From assembly GCF_006345805.1 (NCBI RefSeq), contig NC_043001.1, positions 76,446,001 through 76,510,000 of the forward strand: a stretch of DNA of 64,000 bases. The letters run 5' to 3'. The translations under genes and the position numbers were made by a program. The notes under the pieces were generated by a model. It was not told the origin of the DNA. It saw only the letters and a program-made list of their open reading frames with translations, and made no database searches. How positions within the stretch are numbered: the first letter of the stretch is position 1; each line of letters begins with the position of its first letter. The stretch comes from Octopus sinensis (taxonomy: Eukaryota). Below are positions 13,001 through 51,021 of this stretch, in pieces.

Positions 13001-14310
13001 TAATTGAAAAAAAAAAAAAAATGGTGATGAAATGAGTGTGATGAGCCCATAACTTCATCTGGTAAATGAACAAAACCTAGATTCTTTACAGTTGAGGAAA
13101 TTGTTAATGATATTTATTCTTTGGATGATGAATTTACACTTACAAAAACAATGAGAGTGATTCAGACATTCAAACTAGTGAAAATGATGAGGAAAGTAGC
13201 AATTTCAGTGAACAAATACAGTAGTTAAAAGACAAGCCTATCATTGTTATTCTCCTGAATCTTTTTGTGATTTTGTCATTTGTTTGCTTGCCATGAATAA
13301 ATATGGTATTTGAGAGATAGGCCTATTATTGTTATTCTTCTGAATTTTTTTTTTTGCGATTCTGTCAGCTAGTTTGCCTGTAATTATTATTCTTGAGCTG
13401 TGTATGCAACTATTTTTCTTTTACTGAGGAGCCCATATTGAGGTTAAAGTTAGACACAGGGGCCCAGGTCAGAGATGGTTAAGAAAGGCCTAGTTGCCCT
13501 AGACAACATTTGGTCTTGGAAGGTGAAGGGATGGTAATTGATTGCTATTAAAAAAATGTCATTCCTCTGCTGTTTGGATTCTGCTATAACCATGACACTA
13601 GTGTGTCTGGCTCTGTGGTTAAGAACTGTGCTTTGCAACTAATTGGATTTGGATTCAGTCCCACTGCTTGGCAAGTGTCTTCTACAGTATCAGGCTATCA
13701 AAGCTTTGCAAGTGGATTTGGTAAGTGAAACTTGAAGTTCATCATAAATATATCATCTCTGTGTGTGTGTGTGTGTGTGCATAAAATGTGCATAAAATGT
13801 ATGGTGTCTTGTCTTGACATCACATGATGGTTGTACATGAGTGCCACTGTCATATAGGCAGTGAGTTTCATTTCTCAATCTTCTTTGAAAACCATGTCTA
13901 GTCATGGGAAAAGTCTTACCTTACTTGGAAACAAGTGAAGATTGGCAACAGAAAGGGCATCTAGCCATAAAAAAATCTGCCTCTACAAATTCCATCCAAC
14001 CCATGCAAGGATGGAAACATGGACAGTAAACCAATGATGATATACACATACGTACACTGGTGGATGTTAATAAAGGCATGGTTGCTCTCACCTCCCATTT
14101 CTCAGTTGTATAAGTGAGAGAAATTGATTGTTCTATGTAGTCAAGTTTAAAAGCACCTTTTACTTTTTCATTTGTTTGTTTCTGTATTTAAAAGTACATC
14201 CTTCATCAGTCTCTAGCTAATTTCTGCTACTGATAACAGTAAATAACTGAGATAATGGAGAAATCCATTTAATTCAATATCTAAGGCTACAGTTTTTTTT
14301 TAAAAAACTG

Positions 14311-14341
<31 letters not shown>

Positions 14342-15626
14342 CACAAACACAGATACATGCATTGTCACTTTCTCTCTCTCACCACATACTCCCATCATTT
14401 CAAATAATTCCTAAACAACAAAGAGATACTTGTTGAGAGAAGTAGCTCTTATACCAATGCTCTTCGTGTCTCTTATGTATGGGTTTGGCTTTTAAATAAG
14501 ATATATTTTTTCTTTTTACTGTAAGCACTGTAGAGTCATGTTAAGCTTCCAGTAAGCTGCATCTGTTATGTAGGTTCACTACCTGGCTAAGCCGTTTATT
14601 TATTTTTCACTTACATTCTCTAACTATGCTCCATAGAGCTATTGGAGAGAGATGAGTACCTGCCTGTTTGATTTAGTCATAAAGAACAATTTTCCTATTC
14701 TTTTACTTGTTTATAGTATTTTTCTTGTGTAGTATATTTGAACTTTTGAGTGATAGGCTTAATATGCCTCCACCTGTTTCATGGGTGCCTTTAGCAGGCT
14801 TTACTCTGTTGCAAGCAGTGAAACCAGGCTCTTCCTTTCTTTTCAAACTATGTTTTTCCCTGCTAGCACAGAGATGTTCAGTCAGGTTGGGCATCAACTA
14901 TAACAATCTCACCAATCTGAAGTACCTACATTTCATGAGCATTTTTTCCTCTACCTTCCTCTAATGCCATTATGAAAAAAGGCATTAACAGTTATGAGAT
15001 CCAATTGTTGTTGAATACTAATTAATGATTAATTAGTTTTAAAATATCTAATAATTAATGTGAAATTTGTATCTGATAATTATGGATTTTTGATTCAGCT
15101 CTGAGCCAAAAGCTTAGAGAGAGGGGAAATATGATACTGTATTTGATGGCATATGAGATGTCATTGCCAAAAAAAAAAAAAAAGAAGCATCCTCTTTACC
15201 CTTGCTTTAGTACACTAAAACTTTTTCTGAATATGTGCTGCTGAAATTGTAGTGTGCATAATATTCTCGTGCATTTTTTTTACCATCAAGTATTGTAGTT
15301 CTTTCACAAGACTATTGGTTGCACATTTGAAAAGAATAGGATTTCAGTGAGACACGGAAGTTTACTTTCAAACTGCACACGACACTACTGTTTTTGTTAG
15401 TTATAAATGACAATTACACTGTTTTAATGTAAAGAGTAGCGCAAATTTAGAGGAAGAGGAAATTTAATTTTTTCTAATATTTGACTATTAACCCATCCTC
15501 AAAGGATGAAAGATAAAGCTAACCTTAGGAGAATTTCAACTTAGAATATAAAGGATACTAACTAAAAATATTTCATTTTTGGATTTGGTTTGCAAGATTC
15601 TTTATGTGAGTTTGTGTGTTGAAGCA

Positions 15627-15818
15627 TATTCTGTTGTGTCTGGGGAGAGTCATTCTCTTTTAGTGCCTTTTAATTTAACACATTCACCAGTTCAAAAGGT
15701 TGCAAGATGCAACGAAAATTTTAGAAAAATATATAAGTAAATGAGTGGAAACTTTACCTGTGAGTGTGTTAAATTATAAGGCACTAAAAGAAAATGACTC
15801 TCTCCAGACAACAGAATA
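15627..15818. repeat. MITE-like inverted repeat, arms of about 64 bp
   Basis: tattctgttgtgtctggggagagtcattctcttttagtgcc / ggcactaaaagaaaatgactctctccagacaacagaata. Confidence 0.85.
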
Positions 15819-15834
15819 ACTAAAAATACTGTAA

Positions 15835-16049
15835 CCCTTTAGTATACAGATTACTCAGTCAAATGTAATGCTTATTTCTTCACATCATTTAAAATTAATC
15901 CTGCATTTTCTTGTAGGTTAAGTGTAAAAAGTTGGATCTGGTCATTTTGAACATAAAACAGGTGAAATATTTGGGCCTGATGTGGCTGGCTTAAACATGA
16001 GATGAACAGAGTATTTGGGTCAGATATGGCCCGTTCAAATACTAAAGGG
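15835..16049. mobile_element. piggyBac-type MITE family 1 (opposite orientation)
   Basis: CCCTTTAGTA...TACTAAAGGG with decayed TTAA flanks. Confidence 0.75.
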
Positions 16050-17949
16050 CTAAAACTTTTTGTTCAGTGCCCCACTAATTTTAATTGCTTACACAGGTAC
16101 AAGCTCACACTGGTAATTTAATTTGACTCAAGGTTCAAAAGCAAAGTTAACAGAATTTGAACTCAGAACAATATAACTAAATGATGAAAGTGTTTTGTCT
16201 GCTGGTTAATTGATTCTTTCATATAGGCACAAGGCCACAGTTTTGAGAGGAGAGAAGCTGTAGTCAACTCAGTGGCAATTAAACTTGGATTGAGTTTAAA
16301 ATCAGAGTGTAATGAAATGTCACTCTCGACTGTCTTTATATAAAAAATGAGATGGTCAAAACCATGTGATTGAATTTTGAAGAAACTGAAAGAAGTGTTG
16401 TGTTTTATCATTATAATCATTTTACCACCAAGTTTTCCTTTGTTTGCTATCTCTCACCTGTTATCAAGCAAGGTGATATTTTCCTATCCTTAGACATGTC
16501 TCATGGAAGACTGGAAACAAATTCACTTGTATGACTGATATTTGCTTACAACCATCATATGATGTCGACATGAGTGCGCACGCGTGCACACACACACACG
16601 GGACAGCTTTTTTGTTTTTCCATCAACCAAATCCACTCACAAGGGTTTTATTGGCCTGAGGTTAAAGTAAAAGACACTTGTCCAAAGTGTTGTCCAATGG
16701 AACTGAACCTAAAACTATGTGGTTCCAAAGGAAACCTCTTAACCACACAGTTTTGGAGGCATAGAAAGGAGTATGTGACACTGACAACTGGAAATAACTG
16801 GACGATATCAGTATCTGTTGCTCTCACATCTGGGGCGATTTTGTTTCACCTTTGAAGTATGCTGTGTTTTTTTTTAACACTATATGTCTTTAAAGGCATC
16901 TCCCCTGGATGAAATACTGAAGCTTTCTAGTGTTTAACAACACACTCTTTAAATATTGATATTGATAATGTGTGTGTTTGACGTGTATGTGTTTACACCT
17001 CATCTTGACATGGCTGGATAGTTGTAAAAGAGTGACACCATTACATAAGCAAGGTTATTTCTTTCCAATTTCCCATCAAAACATGTCTGTTTCATCATCA
17101 TGTAGCATCTGCTTTCCATGCTGGCAAGGGTTAATTTGACTGAAACTTGTAAGCTGGAGAGCTGCACCAAGTTCCAGTCGGATTTGGCATGGTTTCTATG
17201 GATGCCCTTCTTGATGTTTGTGAGGAAATATTACTCTGTTTGAAAACAAGTGAGAGTTGGTGAATGGAATGGTGTCCAGCCTTAGAAAATATGCCTTGAG
17301 ACATTCTGGCTGACCTACGCAAGCATAGAAAAGTGAATGTTAAAACAATGTGAGTAATGATGGGTCTTAGCTAAAGAGTCCTGAGGTTACAGACTTTACT
17401 CATTGCAAATTGTTTATTGGGAGTTTTAAAGCTAAAGATAGCTTTGTTGTGAAATATCTTTATTCACTGGGATTGTTCACTGCTGTGATCTAAGCTATTA
17501 ATTTCTGAATAGACTACATCCACTGGGATTGTTTGTTATTAATGATGAACATTCATTACTACCTATCCTAGATCTTGGTCTACATATATTCTTATTAATC
17601 AAACTAAGCCAGAATATCTGTAATTGGCAGAAACAGGCTCAGACACACGCAGATAAATAAATTGTAAATGCTTGATGTGTGTTGTTGTTTAGCCCTTGGT
17701 TAACCTAGAATTGAGTAGGCCTATGATTAGGCAATCTAGCCATGGTTTCCCTGTCTATTTGTAAACAACATATCCTAGACTATTCTCAAAATTGTCCTTT
17801 TTTTTAAAGATGGTAGGTTGTGTGTGTGTGAGTGAGTATTAACTCTTTTTTTTTTTTTTTTTTTTTTTACCATATTTCTGTTGAAATACATTGCTTTTGT
17901 TTCTATTAATTTATAAGATAATGGAGAATTTAGTAAAATAATTTTGTCA

Positions 17950-18180
17950 CTGTTGAGCTGCCATGACAAATTTGTCCAGAAGGTAATAGCACCAGATCCT
18001 CCCTTGGGTTTAAGCGGAGAGGTGGTCAGCTGAAGATGTGGCTCATGACAATCAAAGCAGATATGGAAATTGTTTTTAAGAATCCATCAGGAAAATGTAA
18101 TGATGATTACCTCTGGACTTTATGAAGGGGTGCCTGAGGACAGTATTCCCATGACTATTCTCAGGAATAGTGGGTGGCAA
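17950..18180 (+). mobile_element. Degenerate RTE-like RT C-terminal remnant
   Basis: KRRGGQLKMWLMTIKADME resembles the RTE C-terminal R.GG...TW...IK.D motif. Confidence 0.4.
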
Positions 18181-18862
18181 AAATAGGTGGATGGATGGAT
18201 AAAAATTGAAAATGATGGTGGATATGGTCAAATAATTTATTTATAGAAATTGTATTTGTTTTGACTCTTTACATTGAATTCAGATCCAGCCAAAGTCAAC
18301 TTTAGCTTTAATCTTTCTGAGGTTGATTAAAATATAGTACTAGGTAAATACCAGGGGTTTATATAATCACCTGCCAACTCCCTCCCAATATCTGACCTTG
18401 TGTTTGTTAGAAACAATTATTCTTGCCATTATTTTATTTTTTTATCTTTTACTTGTTTCAGTTATTGAGGGACACTGGTTTGAAGGGTTTTAGTCAAACA
18501 AATTGACCCCCAGTACTTATTTTTTTAAGTTTGGTATCTTTTGCTGAACTGCTAAGTTACAGAGACATAAACATACCATCAATTGTCAAGCTGTGGGGGT
18601 GACTAACATAGAGACACACACACACACACACACACACAAATATATATATGATTGGCTACCACATAGTTTCTGTCTACCAAATTCACTCACAAGGCATTAG
18701 TTGGCCCAGGGCTAGTAGAAAACACTTAGTTGCAAAACAAACTTCTTAACTACACAGCCATTCCTGCTTATTAAAATTGTCTTTGTTCGGGCTCTTTGTT
18801 CTTAGTTCAGGACCTTACCACGGTCAACTTTTTCATTCTTCTGGTGGGGTCATTATAATTAA

Positions 18863-19084
18863 CCCTTTTGATACCAACCCACCTGAGACTGCCTCTGGCT
18901 CTGTAGTACGAATGTCTTGTTTTCAAAAGTTCTGAATTAAAATCATCCACCAAACCTTAGTCACAATTTATGTTCCTAACACTAGCTGAATGGTAACTAA
19001 GTTATTTTACTAAATACTTTGTTATATTTAAAATTAATTGAAAGAAACACAGAGCATCTCAACAGAAGTATGGTAACAAAAGGT
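18863..19084. mobile_element. piggyBac-type MITE family 2
   Basis: TTAA-CCCTTTTGATACC...GGTAACAAAAGGT-TTAA; partial inverted copy at about 37621-37712. Confidence 0.8.
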
Positions 19085-21907
19085 TTAAACACTTCACTAC
19101 AACCCACAAATTTCTAGCCATGTGTCTTTATTAGAAACAATTATTCTTTTCATGTCCACAACTGTTAACAAAGTTCATAATGGCCAACTCATTAGGTCTT
19201 ACACTTGAATCTACAGTATGTGTGAAATCAATAACAAACACTCTACATCAGTCGTGAGGAAACTGTAATCCATAGGACTTTCTGACTGGCACACCTAACA
19301 AAAGAATTACCTTGAATATTTTTTTTTTAGTATTGCAGTTTGCCTGATGATGAGCTATGTCTCATGTGGCCTACTTCTTGAAACAAAATTGTCCATGCCT
19401 GCTCTTTATGGTTGTTTGATTTGCTAGAAATAGTAGCCAGATTTCCCACTAAGTCACACCTCAGTATTTAAAAACAACACAAAATAAGGTAGTCCTGACA
19501 TCCCTGAAAGAATGTGGTCATAATTGCTAGCATGCCTGTTTTGATCATAAATCTGTTGGATTAGGTTTCATCTGGACTAAACAATAACTGCTGACGGTTT
19601 AATTATCTCAACAGGACACTTATTCTGCATTGTATCAGTTCATGTTGCCATTGAAGAAATAGATAACAAAAATTACCTGTGAGTGTTTTTCTAGATTGAC
19701 TGTGTCCTATATCTATACAGGAGTGGCACATACATTATTGCATCAAGGCACATGCGTGTCTGTGTTGTAAGAATTTTGCTTCCTAACCATATAGTCTTGG
19801 GTTCAGTCTAATGTGTGGCATCTTGAGCAAATGTTTTCTACTATAGCCCTGGTATGACAAAAGTCTTGTGAGTGAATTTGGTAGACAGAAACTGAAAGAA
19901 TCCCATTGTGTGTGTGTGTGTGTGTGTGTGTTACTGTCTTCCCAGTCTTCTGTGAAAACATGTCTGATCATGGAGAAATGTTACCCCACCGGGAATACTT
20001 TGGCCAGATATACATATGTGCAGTACTATTCACGTGGCAAGTTTTCTACAGCCGGATGACCAGCCAGTTTAAATACCAAAGGGTTAAAAAGACAGCCAAA
20101 GGGTGTAAGAAGTAGCTTTTTTCTAATGACAAGTTAGAAACTATATATAAATACATATATATAAATGTTGAGCTGAATGTCTGGAATCTGACTTTAAGCT
20201 AGCTTATCTACCAAAGTGACATGTTTATCAGCACCACCCTTGGAAGATAACCACAATAGTTTCGGAATATTTGTCATCACCACCACCACCATCCATCATC
20301 ATCATTGTAGAAATATTCCTCAGCATGTCATTGTAGTTATCATTACCAAGTTATATATCCATCCTTCTAGTACCACTATGTCTATTGTGTAATTGTTATT
20401 TAGTTGAACAAATGGTCCATGCATTTTTCGTACTCTACCTCCTCTGATCACCTAAAAACAAAATGAAAAAGTCATTTCACCTGTCTACTATAACTTGATC
20501 TGTTACAGTAGGTATCAAATTTCAATGTGCTACTGTGTCTCGAGAGGAGAAAATGTTTTGTGCTTCCCTCAAATTATTGTCAATTAATGTCCACTTTTCC
20601 AAGCTTCCATTGATCAGTTGGAATTTGTTGAGGTTGATTTTTCAATGGCTGGATGCTCTTCCTGTCACTTGTATGAAAGTAATGCTCATTTACAATCATT
20701 ATTTGATGGCAAGACAAAGGTGTAGACTCTCTCTTTCTCTCTCTTTCATACACACCCGCATGATTGCATTTCTGTTTCCATCTACCAAACCCACTCACAA
20801 GGCTTTGGTCAGTTGAAGGCTATAGTGGAAAATACTTGCCCAAAATGCCATGGTTTAGAAGCAAGCTTCTTAACCACACAGCCATGCCTGCATGTTGGAT
20901 CAAAATGGTACTGGACTCATGACTCGAGTTAACTCCTTATGTACAAAAATGTCACAGCAGCAGTTTATTAGTTAGGTTGTATCTTAGATACACAAGCCTA
21001 ACTCTCTTATATATTTTAACATTTAGAAAAGGGTTAGGATTACAACTTTGGTTATCTTTCTACTAATTCTGGTGACAGCCAATGTAATGAGATAGTGGGA
21101 ACATGTAGATGCTACTGCTCCTACTATTGCCATTCTTGAAGAAAGTCAAGCAAATATTTGAGTGCTATCTGTAAGTGCAGTGCCTATGTCTGCCTTAAGT
21201 CAGGTCTGCAACTAGAGTATGCATAATATTGTGCAGTAGTATTATGCACTAGCAAGTTGTGTTGGTGTTGTACAGGAGTGCAGTGGATAATCTTACAATT
21301 CTATTGTAAAATATACCAATCTTCAATCTGGTTTGACACCACAATTGAGTAGTTGTGGTAATAGTATGGACTACATTTTGATAGCTATCAGGGTATATAG
21401 TATGGAGGAAAGCAGTGTATACAACTAAAGATTTGTCAATTTGGATATGCCATGCTTCAGTGAAGCTACATTATGCTGTTTATATTACTTTGCTGGTTGG
21501 CGAAGGAAATTGTACCTTGTATGTGTGTGGTGCAGTGACACAAATTATTGTAAAAAACAATGGAATTTGGCTCGCTGTGGACCAAATGTTATATGCGGAT
21601 TTTGAGGACTGCCATGTTTGCAGCTACTCAGCAACAGTAAACTAGCAATACATCATTTTCATTTCATGATAGTCTGTCATCATTAACAGGTATGACTAAC
21701 TGACTGTCTAACATCCAGGTGTTTGGTAAATTTGGTAAAGCTAAATTTTGTCTCGTATGACACCATGTTGCCCTCTTCCTTTTAGACTCTCTTTCTCTCT
21801 CTTTCCTTCCCTACCCTCCTCTTCTTTCTGTCCAAAGTAGACTATGATATTGAAGTATTTCTGATATTCTCTTTGTTGCGACAACTTGTATATTATTAAA
21901 TTTTTGG

Positions 21908-21941
<34 letters not shown>

Positions 21942-23209
21942 AGCTCTGCTTTCCTCATAGTTGTTATATTTATGCTGTATTATTATATCCACTCTTTATA
22001 ATTAAGCCAGTCAGACCCCCTGTCCTCTTCTCTCTCTCTCCTACTCCTGTCACTCCCTCATTTGTAATTAGAAGAAAAGTGTTTTGTTGTCAGTCTTCAT
22101 GTAATGAGCCATGACTTGGAATTTTCTTATAATTTTGTGTTGGAAATGTAATCAGTCTGTGCTGTGTATGTGTGTTTGTGTGTGTCTTTTGTAGTCTCAC
22201 ATGTACATAATGTGTATTAGTAATTACTTGTCATCCCACACATATATTGTGTCTTTTGTGGTCCTGCATGCACTTTGTAGTCTCACATGTACATAGTATG
22301 TATTAGTATCCTTTTCTGATCCTACACACACATGGTATCATTTGTAGTCCTACAGGTTCATAGTGTGTGTTAGTATGAGGTGTAGTCTTACATTTACATG
22401 ACACAGTTTTAGTTGAGTTATTATTAAATATATGTATTGTCTTGTACATTTTTCTTTTCATCTCTGCTACAACTACTTTTTAAAGATCAGGATAGTGTGT
22501 AGAGCACTGGTTAACTGAATGATTAGCATATTTTGATGACATGGAAAATACACTTTTCTTTTTTTCATTGCAAAACAAACAGAAAAAAAAAGGACTTGAA
22601 AATTACCATACATCTTTCATGATGCTAGTTGAGTTGTAGCTTTCTTAGGGTTAACTGATGTCAACCTTTATGTAGATTTAATGGGTGTCAGCAGTGTCAG
22701 ATATGGTATGATCATCATCATGGTGTGTGTCACATGAATAATCACAGGACAGTGAAAGTGATGAGTCTTGTGTTGTGTACTACAATAATTCTTGGCATAA
22801 TAGGTGGCCATTGTGTGGTGATTTTGCTCAATGACAGTGGGCATAAGCATTCTGTTGGCTTACCCTCACTAATAATTTTGTCTGATAATAGGCATTTAGG
22901 GCATACCTACTGGACACTGTCTAGTCATATATTGGCAAATATAAAAAGATTTTTTTCCTAAAATTAGATTTTTGAAATCAGGGTGTGTCTTCCACAATGC
23001 AGCATTTACCATGCTGCAAAATATGGTACACAGAATTCCCTTGACATGCTATACAAGATTGTGGTATGGTAACATAGAGAAGGTACATCTGGTAGATGAC
23101 ATTTCCAACATCAATTTGTGTATATTTATCTGTGTGTATGTGTGTACACAAATATGTGTATGTATTCTATATATATTTATTTATATGTATTCTCTTTCTT
23201 CCCATCTAG

Positions 23210-47088
<23,879 letters not shown>

Positions 47089-47538
47089 AAGGGTTCTGTT
47101 TTAGGTGGTCTTTATTCTTTTTTTTTTTTTTTCGGTGGCAGAGCAACACCAGCAACTACTGCAGCAAAAGGAGGAAAACATAACTTGATACTGGATGTGT
47201 GTAGCCTCAGTTGAACTCCAGAGATTGAATTATGAAGCTACTTTAAAATCTGCAATTTTTTTTTTTTTTCTGCTGGACTCATGACCTCCATTCCCTCCCT
47301 AAAAAATATATCTAGTGACTACAAATAACAAAAAATAAGAAAAAAAAATGCCTGAATGATAATAATGATAATAATAAATAATAATAATAATAATAATAAT
47401 GATAACATAATCTTTCAATATTTCCCCCTGGGTAAATTTTATGATGAAGAGAAATATATATATATATGAAAATAAAATAAAGACAAATATAAAAAACAAA
47501 ACATTTTTTTTCTTCTTCTTTGTACCTTGGCTCCATGG

Positions 47539-47544
47539 AATAAA
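47539..47544 (+). terminator. Candidate CAPZA polyadenylation signal (AATAAA)
   Basis: AATAAA about 450 nt after the stop, followed by a GU/U-rich tract (gatttttgactattgtttttggttgtc). Alternative AATAAA at 47471 and 47476. Confidence 0.45.
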
Positions 47545-48469
47545 AAGATTTTTGACTATTGTTTTTGGTTGTCAATCTTTATATTTATAGGTCATATTTA
47601 TGTGGCTGTGTGGTAAGAAGCTTGCTTCCCAACCACATAGTTCCGGGATCAGTCCCACTATGTGGCACCTTGGGCAAGTGTCTTCTACTATAGCCTCGGG
47701 CCAACCAAAGACTTGTGAGTGGACTTGGTAGATGGAAACTGAAGTATGTGTGTGTTTGTTCCCCTACCATCGCTTGACAACTGATGTTGGTGTGGTTACA
47801 TCCCCGTAAATTAGCGGTTCAGCAAAAGAGTCTGATAGAATAAGTACTAGGCTTACAAAGAATAAGTCCTCGGGGTCGATTTCTTTGACTAATGGCGGTG
47901 CTCCAGCATGGCTGCAGTCAAATGAGTAAAATATATATACACGTGTGCACTCATTATACTCTTGGAGTGGTTGGTGTTAGGAAAGGCATCCAGCCATAGA
48001 AACCATGCCAAATCAGACTGGTGTCTTGTGCAGTTCTTCAGTTTACCAGCCCAGATCAAACCGTCCAACCCATGCCAGCATGTACAACGGACATTAAATG
48101 ATGATGTGTGTGTTTGCCAATGTCCTGTAGTGTGAAGATCAGAGACATGAGGTGTTCTGGATTGCGAGACAGTGTGTCAGAGAGAATTGATATATTGTGT
48201 CATCGTTTAACGTCCGCTCTCCAAGCTGGCATGGGTTGGACGGTTTAACTGAGGTCTGACAAGCCATTGGGTTGTACTAGGCTCTGATCTGGCAATATTT
48301 CTGCAGCTGGACGCCCTTCCTAATGCCAACCACTTCGAGAGCGTAGTTTTTTCTTTTTACATGGCACAGGCGCCAGTCAGGGAGCACTGGCATCGACCAC
48401 GTTCGGATGGTGCGTTGTACATGCCACTGGCACGGAAGCCAGTCAGGCGATGGATGGATTATGGTATGC

Positions 48470-49830
48470 TAGCACGTAATGATTCAGGCAAGAAAGAGGC
48501 ATGTGCAATGCTATTGAATGTTGAGAATGAATGGGATAAAGGAAGTCTCCTTCACGTGAATCCAATAGAGGGACCAGCTATCCTAGCAGACATCAGTATG
48601 ATAGATAAGACAATTAAAGATATGAAAACCTGGAAAGCCTCTGATCCATCTAGAATCACAATTAGGTTGCTCAAAGTATCTGGTAGGGTAGGATACGGAC
48701 TTATAGCAGATTCTATATCAGCTAGAAAAGAAATTCCAGCTATGGAAGCAAAACCTGGGATCAAAGCGGTCTTAAAATCAACTTAACGAAGACTAAGGTC
48801 TTAGTAAGCCAGAAGACAGTTAGGATCCAACCACTTCGATGTGTAGGCAAGAACTCCATATAGTGTACCCGGTGTAAGCTATGACCGCACAAGAGTGCAG
48901 TGGATTAATAGGAAGGTTACGAGAGAAAGTAGCGTTTGTACGTGGAAAGATGCACAGGAGCCATGAAAACTATAGATACTCAGGAAATCGATTTTCTCAA
49001 ATACCCCGGAGGTTCTTTACAGGAGGTGGATAATTTTTGCTACCCAGGGGACCAAATTAATTATGGGAGATGATGTACGGGGAGTGTAATAGCTAGAATA
49101 AGAATAGGATAGAGAAAATTCAGAGAGCTTTTACCTTAGTTGACAACCAAAAGTTTCTCTGTTCAAGTGAAAAAAATATTGTATGATGCATACGAACAGC
49201 AATTCTACATGATAGTGAGACGTGGGCCCTCAATACAGAGAGCATGCGAAGGTTAAAGAGGAATGAGGCTAGCATCCTCGGGTGGATGTGTAATGACAGT
49301 GTATTGAGAAAGAAGTTAGGCATAGGAGGAATTAGATGCAGTGTGCAAAAGAGAGGACTGCGCTGGTTTTACATGTGATGCGGATGGATGCTGACAGCTA
49401 CATAAAGAAGGGTGCTGTTCATTCAAAGTAGGTGGAACTTGTGGAAAAGGGAAACCCAGAAACACATGGAACGAAGTACTGAAGGACGACCTCAGAACAC
49501 TGAATATTTCGGACGAGATGATAAAGGACAGAGGTACCTGGCACCTTGCTGTACTGAAGAAGACACCTCCTCAGCAGAATTGTTAAGACCGCATTTTCTG
49601 GTGAAGAGTCCTGTGCCGGTGCCATATAAAAAGTGCTCGTGCCGGTACCACGTAATTAGCACTTGTGCCGGTGGTACGTTAAAAGCATCTAACGCACACT
49701 GTAAAGTGGTCGGTATCAGGAAGGGCATCCAGCCATAGAAACTACGCCCAAATTGACTAGAACCTGGTGCAGCTTGCCAGCTCTGGTCAAGCGACCCAAA
49801 CCATTGCAGCAAAAACGATGACGATGATGG
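48470..49830 (+). mobile_element. Older, internally deleted RTE subfamily copy
   Basis: KTIKDMKTWKASDPS (pre-RT region) is joined directly to the NL.KTKVLVS region; decayed Zn finger; RPRNTW-like C-terminus; RTE tail. Confidence 0.7.
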
Positions 49831-49844
49831 TATATGTGTGTGCT

Positions 49845-49879
<35 letters not shown>

Positions 49880-50144
49880 ATATTCTGATTTTTCAGATTT
49901 TTTATATATGCTAGGCTACTGGTTTTAAGTTGATATTAATTAAATTAATATTCAATTTATCTCACTCAGAGAAACATGTATGTGAATAATCCATATTTTT
50001 ATTGCTTTTTCTTTTATCTTGCTCGATTACATTTGGTTGTTTTGCTAAATTTTTCTTGAGAACATTTCTTAGTGGTAAGACCATAGCGGATCTATTTCTA
50101 ACATCTGGGTGTCCACATTGTGGCTTCCGTCTAATAGGTATATG

Positions 50145-50178
<34 letters not shown>

Positions 50179-50935
50179 ATATATGACCTTTCCTCCCCAC
50201 TTTCCTCCCTGCCTGTCTGTCTTCCTCACTGCCTGTCTCTCTCCCTCTCTTATTTTTCATCCTTTCTGGTTTTCTCTCCCACCCTTCCCTATTCTTCTCC
50301 TCTCCCTTTCACAGTTCCCTCTCTCTTACTCCTCCTCCTCCCTCTCGTCGCTGATCAGAGGGTAACTAACTTTCTTTCCTTCAACGAGTCAACAACGGTT
50401 TCTCCTGTCCTCGTAAGCCGTTTTCTCAATGCGTTCAAATTAATTTTTCCATTGTCTAGCCTTAAAAACTCTTATCGTTTGATTTTACTGTGTTATTCTC
50501 CTTGTCCTGTCTTTTACTGTTTTTATTTGTATTGCTTTTACTGTCTTGTTTTGTTTTTACTGTCCTGTTCTTGTCACCATTTTTACCCCTCCACAAAAAA
50601 TCCCAAATTATATTTAATTTGCTTTGCGGGAAGGATTGTTTCAACGAAGTCGTGTCTTGCCCTTACCTTCGAAACACGGAGTAGTCGAAGCAGGGGCAGT
50701 TGAAGAAGGGGAATGTTCCTTGTGTTGTATGTCTTGTACTCTGTTTTTTCGTTGTTTCCGCATTTTTGTTTTTGTTTCCCGTTGTGTTTATGATTATTTT
50801 GGTGTCCTGTACCCATATATGCATGTATATATACATATAGATGTAGGTATGTACATATATGTATGTATGCATATGTTTTATTTATTAATTTGTTATTATA
50901 TGATCGAACGCCACGCATCCACTTCCAAGTAAGTT

Positions 50936-50993
<58 letters not shown>

Positions 50994-51021
50994 GTGTATA
51001 TATATATATATATATATATAC

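Noticed and set aside
13065-13260. Possible C/D snoRNA (ATGATGA...CTGA)
   Set aside because: No terminal stem or D'/C' boxes. It reads better as an acidic transposase N-terminus remnant (RFFTVEEIVNDIYSLDDE...ESDSDIQTSENDEES), itself uncertain.
19338-19400. CTGATGA...GAAACAAAATTGTC hammerhead-like string
   Set aside because: Stem II is followed by about 15 unpaired nt before GAAA and stem I does not pair; at best a heavily decayed relic.
22170-22400. Degenerate minisatellite (tttgtagtctcacatgtacata, about 4 copies)
   Set aside because: Irregular period and high decay; ordinary tandem repeat.
50002-50703. 233-aa hydrophobic ORF
   Set aside because: Crosses a (TA)n tract and pyrimidine-rich low-complexity sequence; no recognisable domain; probably an unclassified repeat.
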